IMG/VR virus record: IMGVR_UViG_3300037183_000082
Location: 1-64,000 of that record
Length of the DNA stretch: 64,000 nt
Origin: a virus
Lineage: Duplodnaviria > Caudoviricetes
Strand: one strand, 5' to 3'
How positions within the stretch are numbered: the first letter of the stretch is position 1; every line of letters begins with the position of its first letter. Positions 45,367-54,638 of this stretch are shown here, in pieces. The notes below the pieces were generated by a model, which was not told the origin of the DNA, did no database searches, and saw only the letters and a program-made list of their open reading frames with translations. A program made the position numbers and the translations under genes.

Positions 45367-46122
45367 TCAGCCTCCGCCGAACGCGTGCTCGGTCGCCAGC
45401 GGGTAGGCGTACTGCACATCGTACATTGCGCGCCCGAGCGGATCGGCGCCGCCGAGCGCCAAGGTGTACTGCGAGGTTGCGGTGCCCTCGTCGAACAGCG
45501 CACCGTCGAACTCGCGCGTCAAGCTCTGCGCTGTCCAGCAGTGCGATGTCAGTCCCGCGACGGCGTTGTGGATGTCCATCATGGAAGCTGTTTGTGCGAG
45601 CGCCTGTGCGTTCGAGATCGCGGCGTAGTCGAGCGTGATCGCGACGATTGCACCAGTAAACGGATCGTGACCACCCGCGTAGCCACAAAGCAAGGGCAGG
45701 GGGCTCGGCACGAACGGATCGCCCCCGCTGATCACGGAGATCAATGTGCCGTTGCAGAATGAGGCGTAGTTGCCCGAACCGTCGTAGGTGAAATGCAAGA
45801 TCAGGGGGTGGTTCGCGATGCCTGAGGCGTTGCAGTCGATACCGAGCTGCGCGCCGCCCGTACCTGTGCCCCAGGTCATGATGTACGAGGTGATCCTGCG
45901 ATCGACGACGTTCTTGGTGAGCTGAAAGCCGGCGTCGACACCGGGATCGTTGCCGAAGATCCACTCGTCGTCGTCGGTGAGGTCGGTGCCGATCGGGAGG
46001 ATGAAGGCCATGAGCGTCATCGCACCATTGCCGGGTACCGAACCTGAGCCTGCGGGGCCCTGCAGGAAGGCGCCAGATGCGAATTCCCCGAGCGTGATGA
46101 ACTGCGTTTGTTGGGTCTGCAT
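45367..46122 (-). CDS. LamG/concanavalin A-like lectin protein, paralog 3
   Basis: MTLMAFI, HFTYDG...FCNG motifs; shared C-terminal DVQYA. Confidence 0.7.
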   Translation of the reverse strand: MQTQQTQFITLGEFASGAFLQGPAGSGSVPGNGAMTLMAFILPIGTDLTDDDEWIFGNDPGVDAGFQLTKNVVDRRITSYIMTWGTGTGGAQLGIDCNASGIANHPLILHFTYDGSGNYASFCNGTLISVISGGDPFVPSPLPLLCGYAGGHDPFTGAIVAITLDYAAISNAQALAQTASMMDIHNAVAGLTSHCWTAQSLTREFDGALFDEGTATSQYTLALGGADPLGRAMYDVQYAYPLATEHAFGGG

Positions 46123-46135
46123 GTTCGGGGTCCTT

Positions 46136-46894
46136 TCAGGTGATGTTGACGTAACGAGGGCTCGAATACGCCACGTCTGAGACGTAACGAATCGTGGGTA
46201 GTCCTGCGTTCGCGGTGAGGGTGATGGGCGATCCTGCGCCCGAGTCGGTGAGCGCGAGCGGGATGCCGCGCGTGGCGTTGTCGGCCGTCGACCACGCATG
46301 GTCGAAGAACCCTGCACCCGTAAACTGGTGCGCAGACATGCACGCGAGCGCGTGCTGCTCGACCTCGCTTGAGGAAAGTACAGCGTTGTTGAGCGCTGCA
46401 CCGAGGATGGCTGTGTTGATGGTGGCTGCAGGGCCTGCGATGCCGCCCCCGAGCAAAATTGGCGATGCGCCCGCCGGGACGAACGGGTGCGCGAGCGTGA
46501 ACGACACCGCAAGTCCGCCGTTCACAAAAGCCGCAAGGTTTGTACCCATCGTCAGCACGAACGTGAGCACGACGGGGCGGCCCGCCACGGTGCCGGCTTC
46601 GAGTGAGACGTCGAAAAGTTCGGCTGGGTGGGTGCCCTCACCCAACTGAATGGCGAAGTCGACATACCCATCGGCGACGCCGCTGCGCGCAACGAAAAGC
46701 CCGTCCGTTTGATCGTTGGTGATCGCTGCGAACAGAATCTCTGAAGTGGCGTTCGGTTGCGCTGCGACGCTTTGCAGCATAAGCGAAAGGCTGAAATCGC
46801 CGACGATGGCGCCCGCGCCAGCCGGGCCGGCGTAGCAGTCAGCGGTGCTCTGCCAGCCTGCGAGGCCGACGGTTTGCGTTTGCTTGGTCGACAT
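46136..46894 (-). CDS. LamG/concanavalin A-like lectin protein, paralog 2
   Basis: FSLSLML, VVLTF..AFVNG, AVLSSSEV; C-terminal DVAYSSP. Confidence 0.7.
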   Translation of the reverse strand: MSTKQTQTVGLAGWQSTADCYAGPAGAGAIVGDFSLSLMLQSVAAQPNATSEILFAAITNDQTDGLFVARSGVADGYVDFAIQLGEGTHPAELFDVSLEAGTVAGRPVVLTFVLTMGTNLAAFVNGGLAVSFTLAHPFVPAGASPILLGGGIAGPAATINTAILGAALNNAVLSSSEVEQHALACMSAHQFTGAGFFDHAWSTADNATRGIPLALTDSGAGSPITLTANAGLPTIRYVSDVAYSSPRYVNIT

Positions 46895-46896
46895 GA

Positions 46897-47628
46897 TCAG
46901 CCCCCCTCGACGAGCACGGGGCTCGCGAATTGCACGTCTGCGATGAAACGTTCGGCGCCGCCGAGGCCCACGCGCAACATCGGTACGTTGCCCACCTGGC
47001 TCAGATCTTTGAGGATCGCCGGGTTGTCGCGCGCACCGTCTTGTTGGAACGACCAGAGGTGATCGTAGTTACCCGGGATGATGTCGTGTGCTGCCATCGA
47101 TTGGCACACCTCGCTCTCGACGTCTTCCTGGGTGAGTGCAATGGATGCGAGCGCCGCGGACAGAATCACGGTGCTGCCGTTGGTGGGGGCGCCGATGCTG
47201 GCGCCGAGGCGCGCAATGGTCCCGGCAACGGGCGGGTTGGCGAGCGACAGGGAGCCGCATGGAGTCCCGTTGGCGTAGCCACTGAGCGCGCTTTCACCGT
47301 CGTAGACGAAGTGCAGAAACAGCCCCGCGCCGACGACGCTGTTGCCGTAGAGGTTCATGGTGAAGGCCTCGACCGCACCCCCCTCGCCCACCTGACACTC
47401 GAATGCGGCTGCGTTGGTTGCCATCCGCGCGACGCGAATGCCGTCATTGCCGGTGAGCGTCGAGAAGATCGTCTCAGTGGTCTCCGAATCGGAGACCAGC
47501 CGGATGCAGCGCACGAATAGTGCGAGCGTCCAGGCGGCACTCCCAGGGCCTACGGGTGCCGCGGTTGCGTAGTGGTTGGCCTCGTCCGTAGAGCAGACCC
47601 CGATGAGTTTCGTCTGAGCAACTGACAT
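46897..47628 (-). CDS. LamG/concanavalin A-like lectin protein, paralog 1
   Basis: WTLALFV, HFVYDG..GYANG, ALTQEDV; C-terminal DVQFASP. Confidence 0.7.
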   Translation of the reverse strand: MSVAQTKLIGVCSTDEANHYATAAPVGPGSAAWTLALFVRCIRLVSDSETTETIFSTLTGNDGIRVARMATNAAAFECQVGEGGAVEAFTMNLYGNSVVGAGLFLHFVYDGESALSGYANGTPCGSLSLANPPVAGTIARLGASIGAPTNGSTVILSAALASIALTQEDVESEVCQSMAAHDIIPGNYDHLWSFQQDGARDNPAILKDLSQVGNVPMLRVGLGGAERFIADVQFASPVLVEGG

Positions 47629-47718
47629 TCGCACCCTCCTCCAAAGCGCCGATCCTACCTCAACTTGCCGCTTTACAGCCCGAGCCCGCGGCCGTACACA
47701 CGCGACTGGGGGTGCGGT

Positions 47719-47982
47719 TTGGCGAAACGCAAGCGCGATGCGGACGAGGACGATGATAAAGCGGCAGGCGCGCCCGACCGCTGCGATGCTTGCGGCGGGC
47801 TCATGCGCCGGTGTGGGGGCTGGGAGCAAGCGCTCGCAGTGTGCGTGTGCTCGAAGCAATCGAGCTTCAAGCACGGGCCGCAACCAGTCCGGGGTGACGA
47901 CTTCTCCGATGTGCTCACCCACGGCGGGCACCTCGCGCACCCGGGCAGCTTCGGTGCCTTTGCCGGCGCGCGCTCACGCTAG
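47719..47982 (+). CDS. small zinc-finger hypothetical protein
   Basis: CDAC...CVC; TTG start. Confidence 0.45.
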   Translation: MAKRKRDADEDDDKAAGAPDRCDACGGLMRRCGGWEQALAVCVCSKQSSFKHGPQPVRGDDFSDVLTHGGHLAHPGSFGAFAGARSR

Positions 47983-48179
47983 GGCGGCGGTTCGGGCTCC
48001 TCTTTCGACGGCGGATCGGTGTCGCGGCCCTGGCCGTGCTTGATCCCCGCGTCGAAGGCCTTGGCGATGGCGGCGCGCACGATGTACTGCGCCTTTTGCG
48101 AGATCGGCAGCCCTTCGAGCGCATCCAGCTCGCGCACGGCACCCTCGATCAGGCGTCGCAGCACGGAAATGGCGCGCAT
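47979..48179 (-). CDS. small hypothetical protein
   Basis: Amphipathic helical ORF. Confidence 0.45.
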   Translation of the reverse strand: MRAISVLRRLIEGAVRELDALEGLPISQKAQYIVRAAIAKAFDAGIKHGQGRDTDPPSKEEPEPPP

Positions 48180-48215
48180 GGTTCGTGTGTGGGGTGACAT
48201 CCGGGGACCATCGTA

Positions 48216-48348
48216 CTTGACCGGCAGGCCCTTCGGGCCTTACGGTTTTCTGACAACCGCGGTGGCTTCTGGACTCCCCGTCCCTGGTGCCCCACCCCCG
48301 GACCCGCACGGTGACCCCGCGTGGGCCCTGGGTCTAGACAGGGGGCCC
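48216..48348 (+). repeat. copy B of the promoter plus conserved leader element
   Basis: TTGACC-18 nt containing GGCCCTTCGGGCC-TACGGT, then CAAC...CCCCACCCCCGGAC...GGTCTA...GGGGCCC. Confidence 0.75.
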
Positions 48349-48951
48349 GCTCCTAGGCCATCGTCGCCACCACGGTGCTGCACGAGGCCTTCAACCTGTT
48401 CTGGTGCGTGGTGGGCTGGCTGCTCCCCTGTATCGCGGTGCTCTGGCTCGTCCTGCGCCCAGCCATCGACGCTGCCCTCAAGCCTGGGCAGTACGTTTAC
48501 GGCGGCGGGTGTGCGCAAACCCCGTTCGATTCACCCCGACACGCCTTGCCAAGTGTGTCGCAACACCACCCGCGCGTGCGCCACCTAACATCTGGTGTCG
48601 TTGCGCACATCCTACGTGGGATCGGCGGGACGCGAGGGATTGGACCTCGGACAGTCCGCAACCTTAGGCTAATTTGGCCAGTGCCCCGGGCGCGTTCACG
48701 TGCGTTCCGGGGTTTTTAGTGTCCAGTGAGTCCCGAGAGAATTTGCGAAAAGCGATAGGGCTCCGTGGGGTTTTCCCGATCGCGGCATATAGGAGCTGTG
48801 GCAGCCTAGAACGTGCCGCAAGGCTTCTTGCTTTGAACTGGGCCCGCGGAGAATCGGCAAGGGAGCGGGGTTTTCCGCGGGCCTGGGGCTCTTTCCGATC
48901 TTGCGCAGGTGCGTGTCCTACAATAGTGTCACGCCCGATTGGGGGAACGAC

Positions 48952-49155
48952 ATGGACGATCGGGTCCAGGAGTTGTGTCGTGTGATTCACGACATGACGA
49001 ATGCTTTTGCACGCCTAAATTTGGCCGCAGAGGTCGCGGTGAGTCGCATGCCCGGGGTGGACACCACCTCGCTCGTGCGGGAACGGCACGCGGCTCAGCG
49101 CGCCTTCATCGCAGCCTTTGACCGCGCAGCGACGGTTGTGTCGTGCCCGCCATGA
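48952..49155 (+). CDS. small hypothetical protein
   Basis: GGGGGA RBS; ATGA-coupled to the next gene. Confidence 0.55.
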   Translation: MDDRVQELCRVIHDMTNAFARLNLAAEVAVSRMPGVDTTSLVRERHAAQRAFIAAFDRAATVVSCPP

Positions 49156-49730
49156 ACACGGCGAGCGCGGACCTGTTCGCGGTTCCGCTCCACTCGGCGC
49201 GCTTCAAGGGGTTCGAGCAGCAAGCACCTGCGCTGCTCTCGGACATCGCGCTCGTTGCAGGACAGCCGAGCCCTGTGCACGCGAGCAACCAGCACGCCTG
49301 GCACTCCGACCGCGAGTTTCACCTGCGCAATGGCATGGCCTACAGCTGGCTGCGCAGCTCGATTCTGGCTTTCGCGCGAGCTGCAATGCCCAAGGGACCT
49401 CCGTTCCGCATCACCGAGTGCTGGGCCATCTCGACACCCTTTGGTGGGTTCATGACCCCCCACACGCATTTCCCCTCGCCCTTGTCGGGCGTGCTCTACC
49501 TAGCCGCCGAGCGTGCGACGACACCCGACGTCGCAGACCGAGCGGGCAAGCTGGAGCTGTTCAACCCCGTCACCATGCCCGAGATGTTTGGGGCGCCGAC
49601 GAGCGTGGTGATCGCACCGATCGATGGCGTCGCCCTGCTGTTCCCGGGCTGCCTGAGCCACATGGTGCACCCGAACCGCACTGACGAGGCCCGCGTCTCG
49701 ATCTCTTTCAACCTGGGGTTTGCTGCGTGA
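49152..49730 (+). CDS. 2OG-Fe(II) oxygenase (TIGR02466-like)
   Basis: PHTH..SGVLY, LLFPG-L-HMV-PN, RVSISFN. Confidence 0.85.
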   Translation: MNTASADLFAVPLHSARFKGFEQQAPALLSDIALVAGQPSPVHASNQHAWHSDREFHLRNGMAYSWLRSSILAFARAAMPKGPPFRITECWAISTPFGGFMTPHTHFPSPLSGVLYLAAERATTPDVADRAGKLELFNPVTMPEMFGAPTSVVIAPIDGVALLFPGCLSHMVHPNRTDEARVSISFNLGFAA

Positions 49731-49963
49731 TCTGGACCGACAAATGCAAAGAACACGTGTTGTACTTCGGCAATCGCGAGATCGTTGTGCATCGGCATAT
49801 CGACTTCCCCGCCGACAAGTGGCTCCTGACTTGTCGGGACATTCGGCTCGTGCAGTACCCGCTGGCTTGCAAGGATCTGGACGCTGCAAAGCACGAGGCT
49901 GTGAGCGCGGTGCGCACACGCTTGCGGGAAGCGTTACATGACCTCGACGAGGCCTGCGCATGA
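49727..49963 (+). CDS. hypothetical protein
   Basis: GTGA-coupled ORF. Confidence 0.55.
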   Translation: MIWTDKCKEHVLYFGNREIVVHRHIDFPADKWLLTCRDIRLVQYPLACKDLDAAKHEAVSAVRTRLREALHDLDEACA

Positions 49964-50268
49964 TGAACACCTTTTGCACCTGCAAGTGGTGGCAGTATTT
50001 GCCGTTCTTTACGCCCTGTGCGTGCTGTCTCGACAGGATCGCGCGCTACGTGCCGCCGCCCGAACCTACACCGCGGATCGATGATCCCGAGCGTGAGTTG
50101 CTCGACGACCTTGCAACGATCGCTGTGGGTGTCGTGGTCGGCAAGGCAGTCAGCTCGCTGTTTGATGACAATGGCAGCGGCTCGACTGAGGGTGATTCCA
50201 GCTCGCCGCCTGACATCGAGGGTGGTGGTGGTGGTTTTGGTGGCGGCGGCGCTAGCGGGGAGTGGTGA
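49960..50268 (+). CDS. hypothetical protein with GGGGGFGGGGASGEW tail
   Basis: C-terminal GGFGGGGASGxW as in TPM/DUF477-associated tails. Confidence 0.6.
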   Translation: MMNTFCTCKWWQYLPFFTPCACCLDRIARYVPPPEPTPRIDDPERELLDDLATIAVGVVVGKAVSSLFDDNGSGSTEGDSSSPPDIEGGGGGFGGGGASGEW

Positions 50269-50648
50269 TGCCACGCGTTCCTGTTCAGTGGACCGCTGCA
50301 AGGGACTGCGAAAGGTGCCTTGGGGCAGGTTATTACGAGTCGAGCGGTTTTAGTCTCGACCTGTGCCACTGCCTGCAAGCAGTGCGGTATATTTGTCCGC
50401 CGCCGCTGTCTGAAGTACCGCTGTCTGAAGCACCCACAAAGCATCTGGGGGCACACCTTCGCTACGATGAGCCCGACGAAACAGGCTCGCTCCTCGTGAG
50501 CACGCAAGAGCTCGCCCCTGCGCGCTTGTTTCAGGTGCCGGGCAGCCTCGATGAAGCGCTGGCCCTGCTCGACGCGTGCACGCGGCACCTGCGCGAGGCT
50601 CAGCGCGAGCTGCAGCGCGCCTTCGTGGCGCTCGGGAGGCGGACATGA
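50268..50648 (+). CDS. zinc-ribbon hypothetical protein
   Basis: CERC-G-G...CHC. Confidence 0.55.
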   Translation: MPRVPVQWTAARDCERCLGAGYYESSGFSLDLCHCLQAVRYICPPPLSEVPLSEAPTKHLGAHLRYDEPDETGSLLVSTQELAPARLFQVPGSLDEALALLDACTRHLREAQRELQRAFVALGRRT

Positions 50649-50755
50649 CTTTGCCGATCGGCCAACCACCCCCGACCCCTGATTGGGTCGCGTGGCTCGG
50701 CTGGGCTTTGATAGCCTTGTCGGTGGCATCTTTTCTGTGGGGGAAGCGCACGTGA
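50645..50755 (+). CDS. 36 aa single-TM peptide (not in the ORF track)
   Basis: GGAGG RBS; coupled at both ends; WVAWLGWALIALSVASFLWGKRT. Confidence 0.55.
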   Translation: MTLPIGQPPPTPDWVAWLGWALIALSVASFLWGKRT

Positions 50756-51171
50756 ACTACAACCAACAGAAGCGCGCTGTCGTCGAAGCTTTGTTGCCCC
50801 TGTGCCCTTTCCTTGCGGTGGATGGGACGCATCCTGGCATGCTCCTACCGCCCGACCTGCACGTCGCGGACCTGGTGCTGCGTATCGGTTCGACCCCAAC
50901 CGTGATCGACGTTCCTCAGCTCATTTTCACCGACGAGGCTTGGACTGGGGTGATCAGCCAGCACGGGCGCTTGTCGACGATCATCGTGCCCTGGACGGCA
51001 GTCAGCAGGCTCTGGATCGGGCCGCCCTTCGAGGGCCCTGTGGTGCTTTGGCCTGATGCAGCCCAGGTCCCACTGCCCCCCAAACCTCCCAAGCTCGGCC
51101 TCGTGCATTCCGTGCGTGAGCCACTTGAGCCGCCGGCACCTCTTGAGCCATTTCCCGGCAAGAGCGCGTGA
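50752..51171 (+). CDS. SspB-like (ClpXP adaptor) protein, myxobacterial type
   Basis: VDG-HPG-LLP..L.LRI..P.L..TD...ISxxG...IVPW-AV pattern; Pro-rich tail. Confidence 0.65.
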   Translation: MNYNQQKRAVVEALLPLCPFLAVDGTHPGMLLPPDLHVADLVLRIGSTPTVIDVPQLIFTDEAWTGVISQHGRLSTIIVPWTAVSRLWIGPPFEGPVVLWPDAAQVPLPPKPPKLGLVHSVREPLEPPAPLEPFPGKSA

Positions 51172-51172
51172 C

Positions 51173-51607
51173 GTGGCCAACCAGTACACGACGCCTGTGC
51201 CTGTCGCCGAGCGCTTCGCGGCGTTCACGAAGCGGTGTGAGGTCACAGGCTGTCTGATCTGGACAGGGGCCACGCGGAAGGCATCGCGAGCGCGGCGCTA
51301 CCGCGGAGGTCACACGCTGCCGCACGGGCGCTTCAACCTGCATGGCAAAGCACGCTCGGCTCACCGCGTTTCGTACATGCTCTATCACGGCTTTTCCGAC
51401 TGCACGATTGCCGACTTCGGCTTGCTTGAGCACGGGTGCGACAACCCGCGCTGCGTCGAACCGACGCACCTTTTCGAGAGCGATCACAGCGCGAACCTGC
51501 AGAGTGCTTACGACCGGGGCCGGCGCAAGCCAGCACCTGAGGTTGCGCTCGCAGAGCTGTTTGACTTCTTCGACTCGAATCCGATGTACGCGACTGCTGC
51601 CGAGTGA
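51173..51607 (+). CDS. HNH endonuclease
   Basis: GCLIWTG, AHRVSY, H-CDNPRCVEPTHL, HSAN. Confidence 0.85.
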   Translation: MANQYTTPVPVAERFAAFTKRCEVTGCLIWTGATRKASRARRYRGGHTLPHGRFNLHGKARSAHRVSYMLYHGFSDCTIADFGLLEHGCDNPRCVEPTHLFESDHSANLQSAYDRGRRKPAPEVALAELFDFFDSNPMYATAAE

Positions 51608-51622
51608 AAGGACAGACCGACC

Positions 51623-51820
51623 ATGAGCATCACGAAGAACCGCGCCATTGCGCGCGGCCATCTGGAAGTCGACGCGCTGAGTGACATCTTGCGTGCGCTC
51701 GAAAAGCTCACCAAGAAAGAGCAGGCGCGTGTGATCGCTTACGCTGCGGATAAGCAGTTTGGGTGGCAACTCTGGTCGGACGCTGCCACCGTGCGGGAAG
51801 AAGAGTTAGAACCACGATGA
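51623..51820 (+). CDS. small hypothetical protein
   Basis: GAAAGGACAG RBS motif. Confidence 0.6.
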   Translation: MSITKNRAIARGHLEVDALSDILRALEKLTKKEQARVIAYAADKQFGWQLWSDAATVREEELEPR

Positions 51821-52134
51821 CCGCAGAGCCGCTCAAGATTCTGCAGCCGGACGACCTCGTTGAGGTCCCGCCAGGACGGCGCTTGTTCCTGGACATCACC
51901 CCGGGCCAGCGTCTCGCCATGACCACAAAAGACGGCGTGCTGCTCAACATCGAAGTGAGCATGCGCTTCAACGAAGTCGGCGGCGAGCGCCGGGAGTTCT
52001 GGCGCGGTGAGACGCCCTCGGGGCAGGTCGTGTATTTCGAGCTGCGCCACGTGCAGGACATCGCTCCCACGCGCTCGACCTCGGGGCTGTTCAAAGCCCT
52101 GCGCGACCTGTTTCGGGGTCCCAGTGAGCGATGA
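51817..52134 (+). CDS. hypothetical protein
   Basis: Coupled ORF. Confidence 0.55.
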   Translation: MTAEPLKILQPDDLVEVPPGRRLFLDITPGQRLAMTTKDGVLLNIEVSMRFNEVGGERREFWRGETPSGQVVYFELRHVQDIAPTRSTSGLFKALRDLFRGPSER

Positions 52135-52339
52135 GGCGACGCCTGCGCAACCTTGCGAGGCCTGGGTCGCGCTCGGCCCAATGCGCATCCAGTGTGCTGG
52201 GCTCAAGGATCACGAGGGCCCGCACAGCGTGACGTTTCGCGGCATCTCGGACACCGACCACAAGCGCATCGATGGACAGATTGTTTGGACGCTCGTGCCC
52301 TACCTGCGCGCGCTCCCGAAAGTAAAGGACGGACCATGA
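52124..52339 (+). CDS. small hypothetical protein
   Basis: C..C-G..-H-GPH motif; coupled ORF. Confidence 0.5.
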   Translation: MSDEATPAQPCEAWVALGPMRIQCAGLKDHEGPHSVTFRGISDTDHKRIDGQIVWTLVPYLRALPKVKDGP

Positions 52340-52551
52340 CTTTTCTCGAAAAACTAAGCCTCACCTGGGCCTGGCTCTGTGGCGATCGCAACCTACGCCA
52401 GCTGCTCGACGAGGCGCTCTCGGCACTTGAGGATGCGGAACGCGTCATTGAAGCGGCCAAGGCCTACTGCGAGGCGCCGGGCGGCGAGGACACCGAAGAA
52501 CTTGGGGCACTTGCCACGGCCGTGGGCGCGTACCTGCAGAAACACCGATGA
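52336..52551 (+). CDS. small hypothetical protein
   Basis: AAAGGA RBS; ATGA-coupled. Confidence 0.55.
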   Translation: MTFLEKLSLTWAWLCGDRNLRQLLDEALSALEDAERVIEAAKAYCEAPGGEDTEELGALATAVGAYLQKHR

Positions 52552-52760
52552 AAGCGTGCTGCTGGAAGCTCGAAAACCGCCAGTACGAGACGCTGCCGGA
52601 TGGCACGCTCGTGGTGCGCGAGAGTCGCAAAAAGCTCCTCTACCACTGGCGCTGCGCGGGCTGCGAGGCGGTCTACTCGACCGAGCAACGCCCGAAGGAC
52701 GGCGCCTACACACCCTTGGTGCAGGCACAGCGCAGGCTCGCCACGCGCGTACGTCCCTGA
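52548..52760 (+). CDS. small zinc-ribbon protein
   Basis: CC...WRCAGC. Confidence 0.5.
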   Translation: MKACCWKLENRQYETLPDGTLVVRESRKKLLYHWRCAGCEAVYSTEQRPKDGAYTPLVQAQRRLATRVRP

Positions 52761-52880
52761 AAGGGGGCTGTCCCACTATAGGGTGACGTGGCTCGGCTTT
52801 TGCACACATACGCGCACGCGCAATACGCGCGCCTCCTGGGCGAGACACAACGCCCCGAACGTGAGCTTGAGGTACGCACA

Positions 52881-53108
52881 ATGGGACAGATCAGCACCGA
52901 CCACCAAAATCCACTGAACAAGTTCTTAGTGGGACAGAACGCTGACGGGACGCAGGTCGCGATCTTGAAGCCGCCAAAGCTCCTTCGACCTGCAGACGCG
53001 CTTCTGCTCGCGGCGTGGCTTGTCGACGCAGCCGACCCGAGCCCCGACCTCGGCTCGTTCAAGTCGATGTTGTACAGCGTGCAGGGGCGCGTCCGGCGAA
53101 GCGGCTAA
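52881..53108 (+). CDS. small hypothetical protein
   Basis: GAGG RBS; NKFLVG..ILKPP..ALLLAAWLV. Confidence 0.5.
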   Translation: MGQISTDHQNPLNKFLVGQNADGTQVAILKPPKLLRPADALLLAAWLVDAADPSPDLGSFKSMLYSVQGRVRRSG

Positions 53109-53806
53109 CCGCGGCGCGTCGTGCGCGAGGCTGCGAACAGCTTGCCGGGTTTCTTCCATTCGGGGTAGCCATCGGCGAATTGTTGTGAGACCTCGCCGTT
53201 GACCATGGTGATCACGTAGCCCCCTGCGTCCATGGTGAAGGGGGCTTTCAGCTTGCCCATGTAGTCGAAGCGCGCGCCGTGGGGTGGCTGCGCGTCGAAC
53301 CAGGACGGGAGCAGGAAGTTCGACACGTGCACGGGGTGCGCGTTGAGCGCGGGCGTGATGGCATAGCCGTCGTTCTCGACCGCATCGCCCAGCTCCATGG
53401 CGTACATGGTGCCGTCGGCGGCCTGGCCCCAGTAGTTGATCGTGGGGTCGCCCCACATTTCGAGCACCTCATGCGAGAGGCACGCAGCGATGCCATTCAG
53501 GCCCAGGATGGTGCCGCCGTTGTCGAGGATCGTCTTGGCGAACACCCGGGCGTAGGGCTGCCCCGTCGGCGTCTCATCGTGGTAGCCGAGTGCGCCGGCC
53601 TGGTCGGCATCGTCGAACATGAACACTTGCCAGGCACCGGGGATCGTGTGCCTGGAGTCGGCGCAGAAGGTCACCGAGGCCGGCAGGCGATTCCACGCCG
53701 GGGCTGCGTGCTTCGCGACTTGCACCGAGCACGCGTTGCACATCGCCGCGAGCAGATCTTCATGCCCAGCGAGCGCCTTCGACTTGTTCGACACCTGGAT
53801 TTGCAT
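53105..53806 (-). CDS. zincin-like metallopeptidase
   Basis: GALGYHD, SHEVLEMWGDP (HExxE), ELGDAVE, VSNFLLPSWF; leaderless promoter. Confidence 0.7.
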   Translation of the reverse strand: MQIQVSNKSKALAGHEDLLAAMCNACSVQVAKHAAPAWNRLPASVTFCADSRHTIPGAWQVFMFDDADQAGALGYHDETPTGQPYARVFAKTILDNGGTILGLNGIAACLSHEVLEMWGDPTINYWGQAADGTMYAMELGDAVENDGYAITPALNAHPVHVSNFLLPSWFDAQPPHGARFDYMGKLKAPFTMDAGGYVITMVNGEVSQQFADGYPEWKKPGKLFAASRTTRRG

Positions 53807-53832
53807 GGCGTCGAGCGTATCACGGCACCCGC

Positions 53833-54162
53833 TCAGGCCTGCGCGCAGGCGTCGAGGATCGAGATGCGCGTCGAGAGTGCCGTGGCCTTGTCCGCATCCG
53901 ACATCGTTGCGATTGCAGCGTCGCTCGGGTAGCCCTGGGCGCTGAGACACGCACTGAAGCGCTGCGCTGTCTTCTGCTGCGCAGCGTTGCGCCACAGCAC
54001 GAACGCGAGCGCTGCGACGAGCCCGCCACCGAGGCCGACAGCGGTCCCCACCAAGTGGTTCTTGCGCTTGCCGATCGTGAGCCCCGCGAGGCCACCCCCG
54101 GCGACGAGCATGGTGGGCACGAGGTAGGGGACGATGGGGCTCGGCATGTTCGTGGTGACCAT
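53833..54162 (-). CDS. two-TM membrane protein
   Basis: Hydrophobic hairpin around KRKNH; leaderless promoter at 54170. Confidence 0.65.
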   Translation of the reverse strand: MVTTNMPSPIVPYLVPTMLVAGGGLAGLTIGKRKNHLVGTAVGLGGGLVAALAFVLWRNAAQQKTAQRFSACLSAQGYPSDAAIATMSDADKATALSTRISILDACAQA

Positions 54163-54504
54163 GCCCAAGAGCGTATCACGAGGGTCGTTTATGCCGACCT
54201 TTGGCGGTTTATCGAGGGCCCCAAAGACGCACGGCCCGAGCTTTCGCCCGAGCCGATTGTACAAAGCCTTCTCGCCTGCTGCAGACAGGTTTCTCGGCTT
54301 GGGGCGAAAGTGGCAACTTCGGTTGCAGGTGGCAAGTCGAAAAGCGCGCCGTTTGAATTCTCATCCGGGTGCGCGCGCCCCCAAAACGCGCTGGCAACGG
54401 GCTCGGTAGCTGGCCTAAGAGCTTGCACTGCGCACCCTCGCGGGTGGCTCTGGGTCTTTCAGGGGTACTCGGCTGCCAGCGCCTACTACAACCCCTTGTT
54501 CGGT

Positions 54505-54638
54505 GGGCCCCTTGCCTGCCCCTCAGCATAAACCAACGGCCGGGCCGCGCGTGGCGGACCGTCCGGGGGTGGGGTGCCATTGCTGACGCCGCCTTCTTGT
54601 TGAACAACCAAATAGGCCCGAAGGGCCCCTCTGGTCAA
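54505..54638 (-). repeat. copy C of the promoter plus conserved leader element
   Basis: TTGACC-18 nt containing GGCCCTTCGGGCC-TATTTG, then CAAC...CCCCACCCCCGGAC...GGTTTA...GGGGCCC. Confidence 0.75.
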
